A stretch of 64,000 nt of DNA. Source: an uncultured Eubacteriales bacterium. Its GTDB lineage: Bacteria; Acidobacteriota; Aminicenantia; Aminicenantales; Aminicenantaceae. The first letter of the stretch is position 1, and each line of letters starts with the position of its first letter. The notes beneath the pieces were generated by a model, which was not told the origin of the DNA, searched no databases, and saw nothing but the letters and a program-made list of their open reading frames with translations. Below, one piece after another: positions 49,599 to 59,532 of this stretch. The stretch is from NCBI GenBank assembly GCA_964505785.1, contig CAZDJZ010000002.1:269527-333526 (forward strand). The letters run 5' to 3'. The translations under genes and the position numbers were made by a program.

Positions 49599-49841
49599 CC
49601 TGAATTATTCACGGGCCGAAAGCTGATAAATAAGAGATTGCAAAAACACCGCAATTTTTTATGAATTAATTATGTGTATAACACACCCGGAACAATGAAA
49701 ATAATTCAACATGTCATCCTGAAGCCTGCGGCGGCAGGCCGTGAGGATCTTATGCTGCTTCGCAAGTGGATGGAACCGATTCATCATGCGAAACAGGTCA
49801 AAATCCTTACGCCGCTTCGCTCCTCAGGATGAAATGGAATC
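49599..49841. repeat. MITE-like element: short TIR-bounded unit (49599-49682) followed by internal hairpin module; lacks right TIR
   Basis: cctgaattattcacgggccg...gagattgcaaaaacaccgcaatttt...tatgaattaatta; then atgtcatcctgaagcctgcggcggcaggccgtgaggatc and aaaatccttacgccgcttcgctcctcaggatgaaatggaatc matching 51061-51197 and 59257-59463. Confidence 0.5.
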
Positions 49842-49889
49842 TTTATTTTCAAAGTAATAAGTCAGGCTAACCTCTTTTGGAGAATATAT

Positions 49890-51050
49890 ATGGAAAAATT
49901 GATTTATCTCGATAACGGGGCAACATCCTTTCCCAAGCCTGAGGAAGTTTACCAGTTCATGGACAACTTTTACCGGAATTTTGGTGTTAATCCGGGCCGT
50001 TCCGGCTATGACCTTTGTATGGAAGCCGGAGAGGTGGTTGAGGAAACCAGGAATCTTTTAACGGAGTTTTTTAATGGTGATGATCCCAACCGGCTTTGCT
50101 TCGGCTATAATTCAACGGATGCCCTTAATTTAATCATTTGGGGAATTCTTAAAAAGGGAGATCATGCTGTCACCACTACCCTGGAACACAATTCCGTTAT
50201 TCGTCCTCTTTATCATTTGGAAAAGTATCATGGTGTTGAGGTTGATCACATCCCATTCGATAAAAATGGTTTTGTCGATCCGGATGATTTTAAAAAAGCC
50301 ATTAAATCAAATACAAAATTGGTCATTATAAACCATGCCTCAAATGTTATAGGAACCATCCAGCCGGTTAAGGCAATCGGCCGAATTTGTCATGAAAACG
50401 GCATTATTTTTGCCGTCGATGTCTCTCAATCTGCAGGGAAAATTCCCATTGACATGCAAGACTCGAATATTGACATTTTGGCATTTACAGGTCATAAATC
50501 CCTGCTGGGACCGACCGGAATAGGAGGATTATGTGTCCGGGAAGGCATCGAAATTCGTCATACCCGGGCTGGAGGAACCGGAGTGCGGTCAGCGGTCCGG
50601 ACCCATCTGGATGAATATCCCTACCGCCTGGAATACGGCACGCTTAATTCCGTCGGCGTGGCCGGACTCCATCGAGGTGTTAAATGGATTTTAGATAGAA
50701 GCCTTCACGATATACATAACCATGAAATGAAATTAACTCGAATGCTGCGGGACGGTCTTAGGGATATCAAAGGGGTTGAGCTATATATCCAGGATGACTT
50801 AACGGATCATATCGGTGTTTTAACATTTAATATCATGGGTATGGAAGCCTTGAATACCGGAACGATTCTGGACGTGGATTATCGCATCGCCTGCCGGACT
50901 GGACTTCATTGTGCTCCCCTGGTACATAAACAAATCGAAACCGATAAACTCCACGGTTCTGTCCGCTTCGGCATCGGTCCTTTTAATACGGGAGAAGATA
51001 TTCAAACCGCAATTGAAGCCGTCCGCGAAATCGCACAGATGCGAAAATGA
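49890..51050 (+). CDS. class V aminotransferase, cysteine desulfurase family
   Basis: PLP-Lys FTGHKSLLGPTGIG, catalytic loop CRTGLHCAP. Confidence 0.8.
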   Translation: MEKLIYLDNGATSFPKPEEVYQFMDNFYRNFGVNPGRSGYDLCMEAGEVVEETRNLLTEFFNGDDPNRLCFGYNSTDALNLIIWGILKKGDHAVTTTLEHNSVIRPLYHLEKYHGVEVDHIPFDKNGFVDPDDFKKAIKSNTKLVIINHASNVIGTIQPVKAIGRICHENGIIFAVDVSQSAGKIPIDMQDSNIDILAFTGHKSLLGPTGIGGLCVREGIEIRHTRAGGTGVRSAVRTHLDEYPYRLEYGTLNSVGVAGLHRGVKWILDRSLHDIHNHEMKLTRMLRDGLRDIKGVELYIQDDLTDHIGVLTFNIMGMEALNTGTILDVDYRIACRTGLHCAPLVHKQIETDKLHGSVRFGIGPFNTGEDIQTAIEAVREIAQMRK

Positions 51051-51060
51051 GATGAAATTG

Positions 51061-51197
51061 ACCCCCGTGTCATTCCGGGGAACGAAGCGGCGCCGGAATC
51101 TTAAAGACCTTTGTCTGGAGAGACGAAACCGTCTTATTCGCCGAAGCAGCATAAAATCCTTGCGTCGCTGCTTTCCTCAAGACGATTCATCAGGGCC
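51061..51197. repeat. MITE-like element internal fragment immediately 3' of cysteine desulfurase stop codon
   Basis: gtcattccggggaacgaagcggcgccggaatc hairpin + aaaatccttgcgtcgctgctttcctcaagacgattcatc. Confidence 0.45.
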
Positions 51198-51214
51198 ATT
51201 TTTGAAATGACAAA

Positions 51215-52489
51215 TCAGGCAATGGCTTCGGCGACCATTTCCGTGAGTGTCTTGATTTCTATATTCAGTTTATAATGCTTGTTCAGTTCCATAAGCTGAT
51301 CAATGCAGTTATGGCAGGGTGTGACCACAATTTCGGCGCCGGTCTCCCTGATTTGATCCGCCTTGATGCGGCCGGCCTGCATCCTTCTTTCAGCAAACCG
51401 GGTCATCGCCAGCTGACCTCCTCCCCCGCCGCAACAAAAATTTTTCTCCCGGTTTGGATACATTTCAACGAAGGTTTTCACACTATGAGACAGCACAAAC
51501 CGCTGCTCCTCTATAATTCCGCCTAAACGGACAAGATTGCAGGGGTCATGCAGCGTGACTGTTTTTGAATTTTTTTCAGGATCCAACCGGAGACGTCCCT
51601 GCCGAATATAATCAGCCATCACTTCAATAATGCTGCGGACAGGAAATGAATAATGCTTTTGCAGCCATTCCGGCGCTTCCCAGCGGTTGGAGTTAAAGCC
51701 GTGGCCGCATTCGGCCAGAATTAATTCCCGGCAATTGAGTTTTTGCAGAGAGTCGGACAGCCTTTTTGACATTTTACCTGCGTCCCGGTCGCTTCCGGAG
51801 TACAATCCATAATTGGTTACATCGAAATTTTCACTGGAAAAGGTCCAGCTTTCCCCGGCTGAATAAAAAACCTTTGCTGCAGCCGAAATGGATAATGGGA
51901 AAAACATGGCTTCACGGGGATTTATGGTATAGAGAAACCGGCTGTTCTTTACATCCACCGGAATAGAGGCTCCGGAATCATCCATATCGTCCTGCAGTTC
52001 TTCTTCGAGCCATTCCACTGTTTCCAGCCAGTCCTCTTTGGAAATCCCCATATTATTTCCTTTATCCAAGGCTGTGGTCACTGTGGATTGAAGTCCGACC
52101 GGAACCAGCCCGGCGGCATCCAAAGATCCACGGGCGGAACGAATAAGGTGCGGGATGTTTATTCCCATGGTGCAGTTTATGACGCAGCGTCCGCATAATG
52201 TGCAGCGTCCGAATAATGTATCGATCCATTCATTTACTATTGTTTCGTCCAAATAGCTTTTTCCTGCTTTCTTTTGTAATTTATTAAAAGCACGAACAAG
52301 AAGATTCAATTTATATGCCGGGGTGTTGTGAGGATGAGCTTCAGCAATATAATAATGACATGAGTCAGCACATAAACCGCAACGGGCGCAGGTTTGCAAA
52401 AAAACGGCCTCATCTCTTGAAATGCGCCGGATAAATTCCTTTTCAATTAACTTTAAGCGTTCCTCATTAAGATCAGGCTGCCGTTTCAT
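51215..52489 (-). CDS. DsrK/HdrD-like Fe-S protein (two 4Fe-4S ferredoxin motifs + CCG domain)
   Basis: CARCGLCADSCHYY and CTLCGRCVINC; CCG domain DPC...FCCGGGGG...TPCHNC. Confidence 0.7.
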   Translation of the reverse strand: MKRQPDLNEERLKLIEKEFIRRISRDEAVFLQTCARCGLCADSCHYYIAEAHPHNTPAYKLNLLVRAFNKLQKKAGKSYLDETIVNEWIDTLFGRCTLCGRCVINCTMGINIPHLIRSARGSLDAAGLVPVGLQSTVTTALDKGNNMGISKEDWLETVEWLEEELQDDMDDSGASIPVDVKNSRFLYTINPREAMFFPLSISAAAKVFYSAGESWTFSSENFDVTNYGLYSGSDRDAGKMSKRLSDSLQKLNCRELILAECGHGFNSNRWEAPEWLQKHYSFPVRSIIEVMADYIRQGRLRLDPEKNSKTVTLHDPCNLVRLGGIIEEQRFVLSHSVKTFVEMYPNREKNFCCGGGGGQLAMTRFAERRMQAGRIKADQIRETGAEIVVTPCHNCIDQLMELNKHYKLNIEIKTLTEMVAEAIA

Positions 52490-52497
52490 TTTAAGTC

Positions 52498-53118
52498 CTA
52501 TACTCTTCTTTTATGAGGGTAAACTCCCCTTCGGCCGAAAAATTTTCCAAAAATAATGCGGGAATAGAAAAAGAAAAGACAATGTCTTATTTTTCCAAGA
52601 GGAATGTAAACCAGCAATGCAATGGCTGAAAAATAAAGAAAAGGCAAAACAACTGAATTCCAGGTGTTCAAAAATGCTGCGAACAGAAAAATATCAACCA
52701 GCAAATTTGAGATATAGTCATCAGCCAAACTGATTGTCCGCATGTATTGTTTGGACAGCCGTTTTATCAGCAAGCCGCTCCCTGCGGCTAAACCTGAAAC
52801 CAGTAAAATACGGAAAACATTCAAAAACGGAATATTTACAGAAATCAGCCGGAACAGCAAGACAACGAATGCTGTAAATATTCCAATATGATAACCAATT
52901 CCTGCAAAATAGGTCGGCAAATGTTTTTTGGCACTTTCCTTTTCCCAGGGAGTCATCCCTTTCCCAAATGCATAAAATACACCTTTTTCCGATTCCCCTG
53001 CTGGTCGGGAATGCATTTCCCTTTTTCCTAAGGACTGGGCCCTGGCTGATAATAATACCATGAAAACAATGGCATATACGGCGGCCGCAGCGACTCCTAA
53101 TTCAAGTGCGGTCAGCAT
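52498..53118 (-). CDS. integral membrane protein, candidate DsrM/HdrE/NarI-like partner of adjacent Fe-S subunit
   Basis: 5-6 TM helices, conserved His in TM segments; gene order C-M-K; start ATG 53118 (TTG 53142 alternative). Confidence 0.4.
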   Translation of the reverse strand: MLTALELGVAAAAVYAIVFMVLLSARAQSLGKREMHSRPAGESEKGVFYAFGKGMTPWEKESAKKHLPTYFAGIGYHIGIFTAFVVLLFRLISVNIPFLNVFRILLVSGLAAGSGLLIKRLSKQYMRTISLADDYISNLLVDIFLFAAFLNTWNSVVLPFLYFSAIALLVYIPLGKIRHCLFFFYSRIIFGKFFGRRGVYPHKRRV

Positions 53119-53132
53119 TATTTTGCCAAAAA

Positions 53133-53453
53133 TTACACACAACCGTCCGGTTTAGGCAAACCGGCAACTTTGCACGCTCCCTTGGCAGGGCCGGAAGGAA
53201 AAAGCTCAAAAATATACTTGAGCTTAAATCCGGTGTTTTTACATACTTTACGTACCATGGGCGCCAAATTTTTTTCATTATAATAGTCCCGGATATAATG
53301 AATGACTTTCCAATGATCTTCAGTTAATTGATCGATTCCCTCTTCCTCTCCGGCCAAAATTTCCGCCGTCTCTTCATTCCATTCATCCGGATAAGCTAAA
53401 AAGCCTTCTTCATTGACTTCAAATTTCTTTCCGCGTTTTTCAATAAAAGGCAT
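53133..53453 (-). CDS. dsrC: DsrC/TusE-family sulfur-relay protein with both conserved C-terminal cysteines
   Basis: FEVNEEGFLAYPDEWNEETAEILA, LTEDHWKVIHYIRDYY, YIFELFPSGPAKGACKVAGLPKPDGCV (Cys-x10-Cys-Val C-terminus). Confidence 0.85.
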   Translation of the reverse strand: MPFIEKRGKKFEVNEEGFLAYPDEWNEETAEILAGEEEGIDQLTEDHWKVIHYIRDYYNEKNLAPMVRKVCKNTGFKLKYIFELFPSGPAKGACKVAGLPKPDGCV

Positions 53454-53669
53454 TTTCTCCTCCTTAAAGTTTACATTAACTTGCTCAGCCCCTCTGTGAA
53501 GTCATCTTAGGCCCTGCACAATAATAAAGAACCTGTTGTATTTTATCAAAATTAAAAAAAATTATAACATATTGCGTTCAGATTATGGTGGATTATGTTC
53601 ATGAGGAATTCAAAAACATTGCGGGGTTCGCATCTTCTCTGCAGCAATTTAAGCTCCTGAATAACTTAG

Positions 53670-53913
53670 CCTGAATTATTCACGGGTCGAGATTGCCGCA
53701 GATGCGAGGCGCAGGGTATGAAGCTGTGGCACTTCACCGCGAATGCCCTGCAACAAAGCAGATGCGGTGAGATTCGGCCCGCCCAAAGGGGTAAAAAATT
53801 GCGATTATAATATAAATATGAAAATGAAAAACTTTCCATTTGAACTTTCAATAAAAATCATGTTAAACGTTGATAAAAAAGGTATTACAAAAATATCGCA
53901 ATATTTTTATGAA
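53670..53913. repeat. MITE-like element (~244 bp) with left TIR cctgaattattcacgggtcgagattgccgca and degenerate right TIR tatgaataattaagg
   Basis: Between phoU 3' end and dsrC 5' region. Confidence 0.5.
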
Positions 53914-53967
53914 TAATTAAGGTTAGGTTGGCTGTGCAGATTAATGGAAATATAAGAAGATAGCGGA

Positions 53968-54624
53968 TTATTCTTCGTCGCGGTGATGCTTTATTACCCG
54001 GCCGCTGACAATAAAAATAACATCTTCACAAATATTAGTGGAAAGATCGCCTATTCTTTCCAGATTATTGGCAATGCGGATAAGATGGAAGGCCCTCTCT
54101 ATTGAGCTCGGATTCGAAGCAATATACGTAAATAATTCCCGTTGAATCTGGTCTTTAAGATCATCGATAACTTGATCGCGTTCACAAACATCTTTGGCCA
54201 TAGCCGCATCTTCTCTGACAAAAGCATCAATGCTGTCTTTTACCATCTTAATAGCGATCTCTCCCATTTTTGGGATATCTATCAATGGTTTCAGCTGGGG
54301 ATGCCGGATCAAGTACAGGCCGCTTTCCACAATGTTTACCGCCTGATCACCCATGCGTTCCAAGTCATTGTTCATCTGGTCTATACGTAAAACAACCCTT
54401 AAATCTTTGGCCCGCGGCTGATACTTGGCTATCAGTATCATGCATTGTTCTTCTAATTCTATTTCAAATTGATTGGCTTCAGGTTCATCTTTCTCAGCCA
54501 CTTCTCGTAATAGGGCTTCGTTCTTCTCTGTTAACCCGGCAACACTTTTATCAATCATCTTTTCAACAAGACCCGCATATTCGATCAGCCGTTTTTTCAG
54601 CTTTGTGATTTCCCCGCTTAACAT
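53968..54624 (-). CDS. phoU: phosphate signaling complex protein PhoU
   Basis: Two PhoU repeats, 218 aa. Confidence 0.9.
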   Translation of the reverse strand: MLSGEITKLKKRLIEYAGLVEKMIDKSVAGLTEKNEALLREVAEKDEPEANQFEIELEEQCMILIAKYQPRAKDLRVVLRIDQMNNDLERMGDQAVNIVESGLYLIRHPQLKPLIDIPKMGEIAIKMVKDSIDAFVREDAAMAKDVCERDQVIDDLKDQIQRELFTYIASNPSSIERAFHLIRIANNLERIGDLSTNICEDVIFIVSGRVIKHHRDEE

Positions 54625-54655
54625 AGTATTTTCTCCCTCAATATTTAATTCAGGA

Positions 54656-55417
54656 TTATCCGAACTTTCCAGTCAGATAATCTTCCGTCATTTTGTTTTT
54701 TGGAATAGTAAACAGTTCATCCGTAGTAGCGAATTCGATCATTTCACCCAAATACAAAAAAGCCGTGTATTGAGATACCCGGGCTGCCTGCTGCATATTG
54801 TGGGTTACGATAACAATAGTATAATCTGCTTTCAGTTCTTCAATAAGTTCTTCAATTTTCTTGGTTGAAATCGGGTCCAGACTGGCACAAGGCTCATCAA
54901 AAAGAATTACGTCCGGTTCTACAGCGATACAGCGGGCAATACACAAGCGCTGCTGCTGGCCCCCGGATAAACTTAGTGCATTGTCCTGCAGCCTGTCTTT
55001 GACTTCCTTCCACAAAGCCGCCTTCTCTAAGGACTCAATGACCCGTTTTTCAATTTTATGCCGGTTATGCCAACCGTTTATTTTCAAACCATAACTCAGG
55101 TTATCAAAAATACTTTTCGGGAAAGGATTAGGCTTTTGAAACACCATGCCTACCCGGCGGCGGATATCAACCACATCTACTTTTTGGGATAAAATGTTTT
55201 CATTATCCAGGAAAATCTTCCCCTCCGCCCTTGTTTTTGGCACCATGTCATTCATGCGGTTGAACAACCGGATGAATGTGGATTTTCCGCAGCCGGACGG
55301 TCCTATAAGGGCGGTTACCTGGTTAGCATATATATCCATATTGATGTTTTTAAGGGCATGATTTTTTCCGTAAAAGAAATTGACATTCTCGACTTTTATT
55401 TTGATGTTTTTACTCAT
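54656..55417 (-). CDS. pstB: phosphate ABC transporter ATP-binding protein
   Basis: Walker [19 protein letters not shown], Walker B ILFDEP. Confidence 0.95.
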   Translation of the reverse strand: MSKNIKIKVENVNFFYGKNHALKNINMDIYANQVTALIGPSGCGKSTFIRLFNRMNDMVPKTRAEGKIFLDNENILSQKVDVVDIRRRVGMVFQKPNPFPKSIFDNLSYGLKINGWHNRHKIEKRVIESLEKAALWKEVKDRLQDNALSLSGGQQQRLCIARCIAVEPDVILFDEPCASLDPISTKKIEELIEELKADYTIVIVTHNMQQAARVSQYTAFLYLGEMIEFATTDELFTIPKNKMTEDYLTGKFG

Positions 55418-56261
55418 TTGCGCCTCGCTGCCGCTGCCGGATAACAATCGCCGCTGCGGAAATGGATAATACCAGGAATAGTAGAATAAAAGCGCAGCCG
55501 TAGGCGATCTCCGTTTGCTGCTCCGGATGGGTTCCCTCTGTCATCAGTGCATAGATATGATACGGTAGAGCCATGACCTCCGAGAAGAATGATTTAGGAA
55601 AACCCCGGGTGTAAAAAGTCGCCGCCGTGAAAAGGATTGGAGCGGTTTCTCCGGCCACTCTGCCGATGCTCAAAATTACCCCGGTCATGATTCCCGGAGA
55701 AGCGGTAGGAATGACAATATTTTTAATCGTCTGCCAGTGAGTGGCTCCTACAGCCAGAGAGGCCTCCCGGTAGGATTGAGGCACCGCCATAAGCGCTTCC
55801 TGTGTCGCAGAAATAATCTGGGGCAAAACCAGGATTCCCAGCGTCAGGCTTCCTGATAAAGCGGATACCCCAAACCCGAACATTTTGACAAAGATGGCAA
55901 AACCGAACAAGCCGAATACAACCGACGGAACTCCCGCCAGGTTATTTATGCTCATACGGATGATGTTGACCACATAACTGCGGGGAGAATATTCAGTAAG
56001 AAAAATCGCACTGGCGACTCCCAGCGGCAAGGCAAAAACAATCGCCCCTAAAACCAAATATATCGTTCCGACGATGGCCGGTCCGACTCCGCCGGCGGTC
56101 ATGGCGTCTTTAGGTACCGCCGTTAAAAATTCCCACGATATGACTTGAATTCCCCGCGCTGCGATAAAATAGAGAATGGAGCCAAGAAAAAAAATGGTTA
56201 TGGCAATAGCAAGAAAAAGTGTGCCGAAACCAATTTTTTGTGAAATTTCGCTTCGTCTCAT
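55410..56261 (-). CDS. pstA: phosphate ABC transporter permease PstA
   Basis: 6 TM, EAA-like loop, overlaps pstC. Confidence 0.9.
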   Translation of the reverse strand: MRRSEISQKIGFGTLFLAIAITIFFLGSILYFIAARGIQVISWEFLTAVPKDAMTAGGVGPAIVGTIYLVLGAIVFALPLGVASAIFLTEYSPRSYVVNIIRMSINNLAGVPSVVFGLFGFAIFVKMFGFGVSALSGSLTLGILVLPQIISATQEALMAVPQSYREASLAVGATHWQTIKNIVIPTASPGIMTGVILSIGRVAGETAPILFTAATFYTRGFPKSFFSEVMALPYHIYALMTEGTHPEQQTEIAYGCAFILLFLVLSISAAAIVIRQRQRGANE

Positions 56262-57169
56262 CGTCCCAATCCAAGCTTAAGCCGGAATCTGCGGCTTATT
56301 ATTTCCGCAATGATATTGAACCCCAGGGTGATAAAAAACAGAATAAGCCCGATGGCAAAAAGGGCATGATAATGAGTGCTTCCCATGACAGCCTCTCCCA
56401 TTTCCGCAGCAATGGTTGCCGTCATCGGACGGACAGGCTGGAAAAAGCTTTTCGGGATGACAGCCGCCCCGCCGGTTACCATCAAAACGGTCATGGTTTC
56501 CCCGACAGCCCGGCTCATTCCCAAAATAATTCCAGTGGAAATGCCGGATGCCGCAGCAGGGATCACCACCCGGGTGAGAGTCTGCCAGCGGTTGGCTCCA
56601 ACCGCAAACGACGCTTCCCGGAATTCTTTGGGAACAAAACTCAGGGCATCCTCTGATATACTGCACACAGTCGGCGTCGCCATAATTCCCAACATCAAAC
56701 TGCCGGTAAAAGCGGTTAAACCAATGGGCAGGTTCAATAATTCCTGAATAAACGGGGCCACAATGACCATTCCGAAAAATCCATATATAATGGATGGTAT
56801 CCCGGCTAAAAGTTCGATAATGGGTTTGAGAAAAGCCTTGGTCCTGCGGCTTGCCAGCTCATTAATAAACAAGGCGCTTCCCACACCTAGCGGGACACAA
56901 ATAACAATGGCTCCGAAAGTCACCCACATAGATCCCAAGATGAGGGGCAGAATGCCGTATTCCGTTTCTCCATGGGTTGGATACCAGGATGTTCCTCCGA
57001 GAAATTTGAAAAAATTGACCTCTTTGAATACAGGTCCTCCTTCCAAAAAAAGGGTGAGAGTGATTCCCACCAGGAACAGAAGAGACGCAAAGGCCAGGGC
57101 GGAAAATATGAACTTATAAATGCGCTCTTTAATCCGCCTGGCCTTTGCTGTCATTTTATGTCTCCTCAA
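56258..57169 (-). CDS. pstC: phosphate ABC transporter permease PstC
   Basis: 6 TM permease with EAA loop. Confidence 0.9.
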   Translation of the reverse strand: MRRHKMTAKARRIKERIYKFIFSALAFASLLFLVGITLTLFLEGGPVFKEVNFFKFLGGTSWYPTHGETEYGILPLILGSMWVTFGAIVICVPLGVGSALFINELASRRTKAFLKPIIELLAGIPSIIYGFFGMVIVAPFIQELLNLPIGLTAFTGSLMLGIMATPTVCSISEDALSFVPKEFREASFAVGANRWQTLTRVVIPAAASGISTGIILGMSRAVGETMTVLMVTGGAAVIPKSFFQPVRPMTATIAAEMGEAVMGSTHYHALFAIGLILFFITLGFNIIAEIISRRFRLKLGLGR

Positions 57170-57185
57170 TCACCTTGCATCAATT

Positions 57186-58010
57186 TTACTTGAATGCGAT
57201 AAATCCTTGTTTTTCGACCAGTTTCTGGCCGTCTTCGCTTTGAACGAAGTTGATAAATTCAGCCGTTGCACCTTTAGGCTGGCCGTTGGTGTACATGAAC
57301 AATTTCCGGGCAAGAATATAAGAACCATTAACAACATTCTGCTTGGTGGGAGCGATGCCGTTGACTTCCAAGCCTTTGACAGAGTCAGAGAGATATCCCA
57401 TCCCTACGTATCCAATAGCTCCTTTAGTCCGGGATACAGTCTGTGCCACAGCCTGATTGGAGGCCTGAAGTAATGAATCAGGGCGTACCTTTTCCTTGTC
57501 CAAGGCGAGCTCGTTAAAAGTTTCAAAGGTTCCGCTTGCGCTGTCCCGGGAAACGACTACGATCTTTCCTTTTTTTCCGCCGACTTCGCTCCAATTGGAA
57601 ATTTTTCCAGTATAAATACCCTTGATCTGGTCTTTGGTAAGTCCGGAAACCGGGTTGCCGGGATGCACAATGACCGCGATACCGTCAAGGGCAACGACAT
57701 TTTCATGCAATTCATAGCCGTTTTCCTTGGCCTTGGCAAATTCCTTGTCCTTGGCCGGACGAGAGGCATCTCCGATATCCGCGGTACCGTCGATAACGGA
57801 TGCGATTCCAACTCCTGAGCCTCCGCCCTGTACGGAAATGTCTATATCCGCATGCTGATTCATGAAAACTTCAGCACAGGCTTGGGCGATGGGAAGCACA
57901 GTCGTGGATCCCTTGATCGTGATAGTTTTGGCTGCGAAGGCGAATCCGCCGGCCAGCAAAGCGATGCCGGCCGCTACAGCCATGACATTAAGAAACAGTT
58001 TGTTTTTCAT
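57186..58010 (-). CDS. pstS: phosphate-binding protein PstS
   Basis: Signal peptide; ITIKGSTTVLP...GGGSGVG PBP motif. Confidence 0.85.
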   Translation of the reverse strand: MKNKLFLNVMAVAAGIALLAGGFAFAAKTITIKGSTTVLPIAQACAEVFMNQHADIDISVQGGGSGVGIASVIDGTADIGDASRPAKDKEFAKAKENGYELHENVVALDGIAVIVHPGNPVSGLTKDQIKGIYTGKISNWSEVGGKKGKIVVVSRDSASGTFETFNELALDKEKVRPDSLLQASNQAVAQTVSRTKGAIGYVGMGYLSDSVKGLEVNGIAPTKQNVVNGSYILARKLFMYTNGQPKGATAEFINFVQSEDGQKLVEKQGFIAFK

Positions 58011-58030
58011 TGTAATACCCTCCTATTGGA

Positions 58031-59065
58031 TTATTTAAATTTTAAGAAAAATGTCAAGTTGGCATAGATATCGGCATCGGGTTTGTCTCCGAATTCCGGT
58101 TCATCATAAAAAGCATACTTGACATTGGGAATCAGCCAGAAATCTTTGAACACTTCAAAACTGACACCGGCGATAATCAGATTGGTTTTGACATAATTAG
58201 CCATGGGGATGTAAGAAAGGCCCTGGCCTTTGAAAGCGGCCTCCCAGCCGTCTCCCATGGTTTTATCATAGCGGGCGATGATATCCACGCCGCCGCCGGC
58301 GGAAATCACGGCAAACCCGGAGAGGATGCCGAAATCCCAGCTCATGTCTCCAGCACTGACATGTTCATTGGCATAATGGAGCCCTGCGCGCCCCCAGTCA
58401 CCCTGGTAACCGGCAAACCCTTGATACACCATGGAACTGACATCATTTTCTTTGGTTTCATAATCGCCGTAGGCTTCCAAGACAAAACCTTCCGCCGGCT
58501 GAAAAGTCAACGCGCCGTAAATGATTTTGCTGTTATTGGTCTCGCCCTTATTGGAAGAACCGTTGCCGTACATCAGCGTGTAGCTGACAGTTCCACCTTC
58601 ATCCAGGTCACCTTCCAATGCGACACCGTGATCACGGGACGATCTGATTTTGAGCAAGTCTAGGGGTGTTTTTTCAAGCGAGCGGTATCCCCAAAAATCT
58701 TCAATGGTTTTTCCGAAAGTCGGCGGAGAAATCACACCACCTTTGATTGCGTGATTCCCGAACGAATAGCTCAAATACGCATCCTTAACCACCGGAACCA
58801 TTTTGTCTTTACTGGTAAAATCGCCCGGGGAATCCATTTCAAACCGCAGCCGCATTTTCAGATTGTCGGTCAGCTTATTGTTGTAGGTGAAATAAATCCG
58901 CCGGAACCAAAGCCCATGACGCCCTTCATAGTCGTCCACATTGTTGCCGGCCACATAATAATAGTCGCCGAACATAAGGCCTTTAAACTCACCTTGAGCT
59001 TGTACAAGGCCGGGAAAGAGAGAGATGGCTACTGCAGCCATCAAAACTAAACTTACTTTTTTCAT
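58031..59065 (-). CDS. outer-membrane beta-barrel porin (Pho-regulon associated, possibly phosphate-selective)
   Basis: Signal peptide AQA|QGE, alternating amphipathic beta strands, aromatic-rich; immediately upstream of pstS. Confidence 0.5.
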   Translation of the reverse strand: MKKVSLVLMAAVAISLFPGLVQAQGEFKGLMFGDYYYVAGNNVDDYEGRHGLWFRRIYFTYNNKLTDNLKMRLRFEMDSPGDFTSKDKMVPVVKDAYLSYSFGNHAIKGGVISPPTFGKTIEDFWGYRSLEKTPLDLLKIRSSRDHGVALEGDLDEGGTVSYTLMYGNGSSNKGETNNSKIIYGALTFQPAEGFVLEAYGDYETKENDVSSMVYQGFAGYQGDWGRAGLHYANEHVSAGDMSWDFGILSGFAVISAGGGVDIIARYDKTMGDGWEAAFKGQGLSYIPMANYVKTNLIIAGVSFEVFKDFWLIPNVKYAFYDEPEFGDKPDADIYANLTFFLKFK

Positions 59066-59256
59066 CCTTGTTTCCTCCTTGAAAATAATTGTTTTACTAT
59101 CTTTAAATACACCTTTATCATTTTCTATCCTTGACTCATTGCGCCTCCTTAGTCAAATTCAATGTCATTTTCGTAGGGTTTGATTAAATAGAGATAAAGA
59201 TTGTGTTAAATATTAGTTAATCTGAAGAAAAATAATTAATCTGGGTTATGACTTAG

Positions 59257-59463
59257 CCTGAACTATTCATAATAAAATTGCGATGTTTTTGCAATCTCTT
59301 TGTTATAAGGGACAAACAAGGTTTTCGCGGTGAAGTGGCGGTCTTATCGCTATACCGCTAATACAAAGCAGCAAGACATCCTTTATCGCGGAACTCCTCA
59401 GGACGACATTGAATCAAACCAATGTCGTCGTCTGCGGCAATCTCTGCCTATGAATAATCCAGG
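59257..59463. repeat. full-length MITE-like element (207 bp) with terminal inverted repeats
   Basis: Left cctgaactattcat...gcaatctc; right ctgcggcaatctctgcctatgaataatccagg (reverse complement cctggattattcataggcagagattgccgcag). Confidence 0.6.
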
Positions 59464-59532
59464 TTAAAGAAAGCAGTAAAGAAAGAAGTGAATGAAGGTG
59501 AAGAGAAAAAAACGAATAAACAACGTTATTAT

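Noticed and set aside
59150-59172. Pho box call as a confident feature
   Set aside because: Direct repeats resemble PhoB half-sites but orientation and spacing relative to the minus-strand porin promoter are not convincing; kept only as a low-interest finding.
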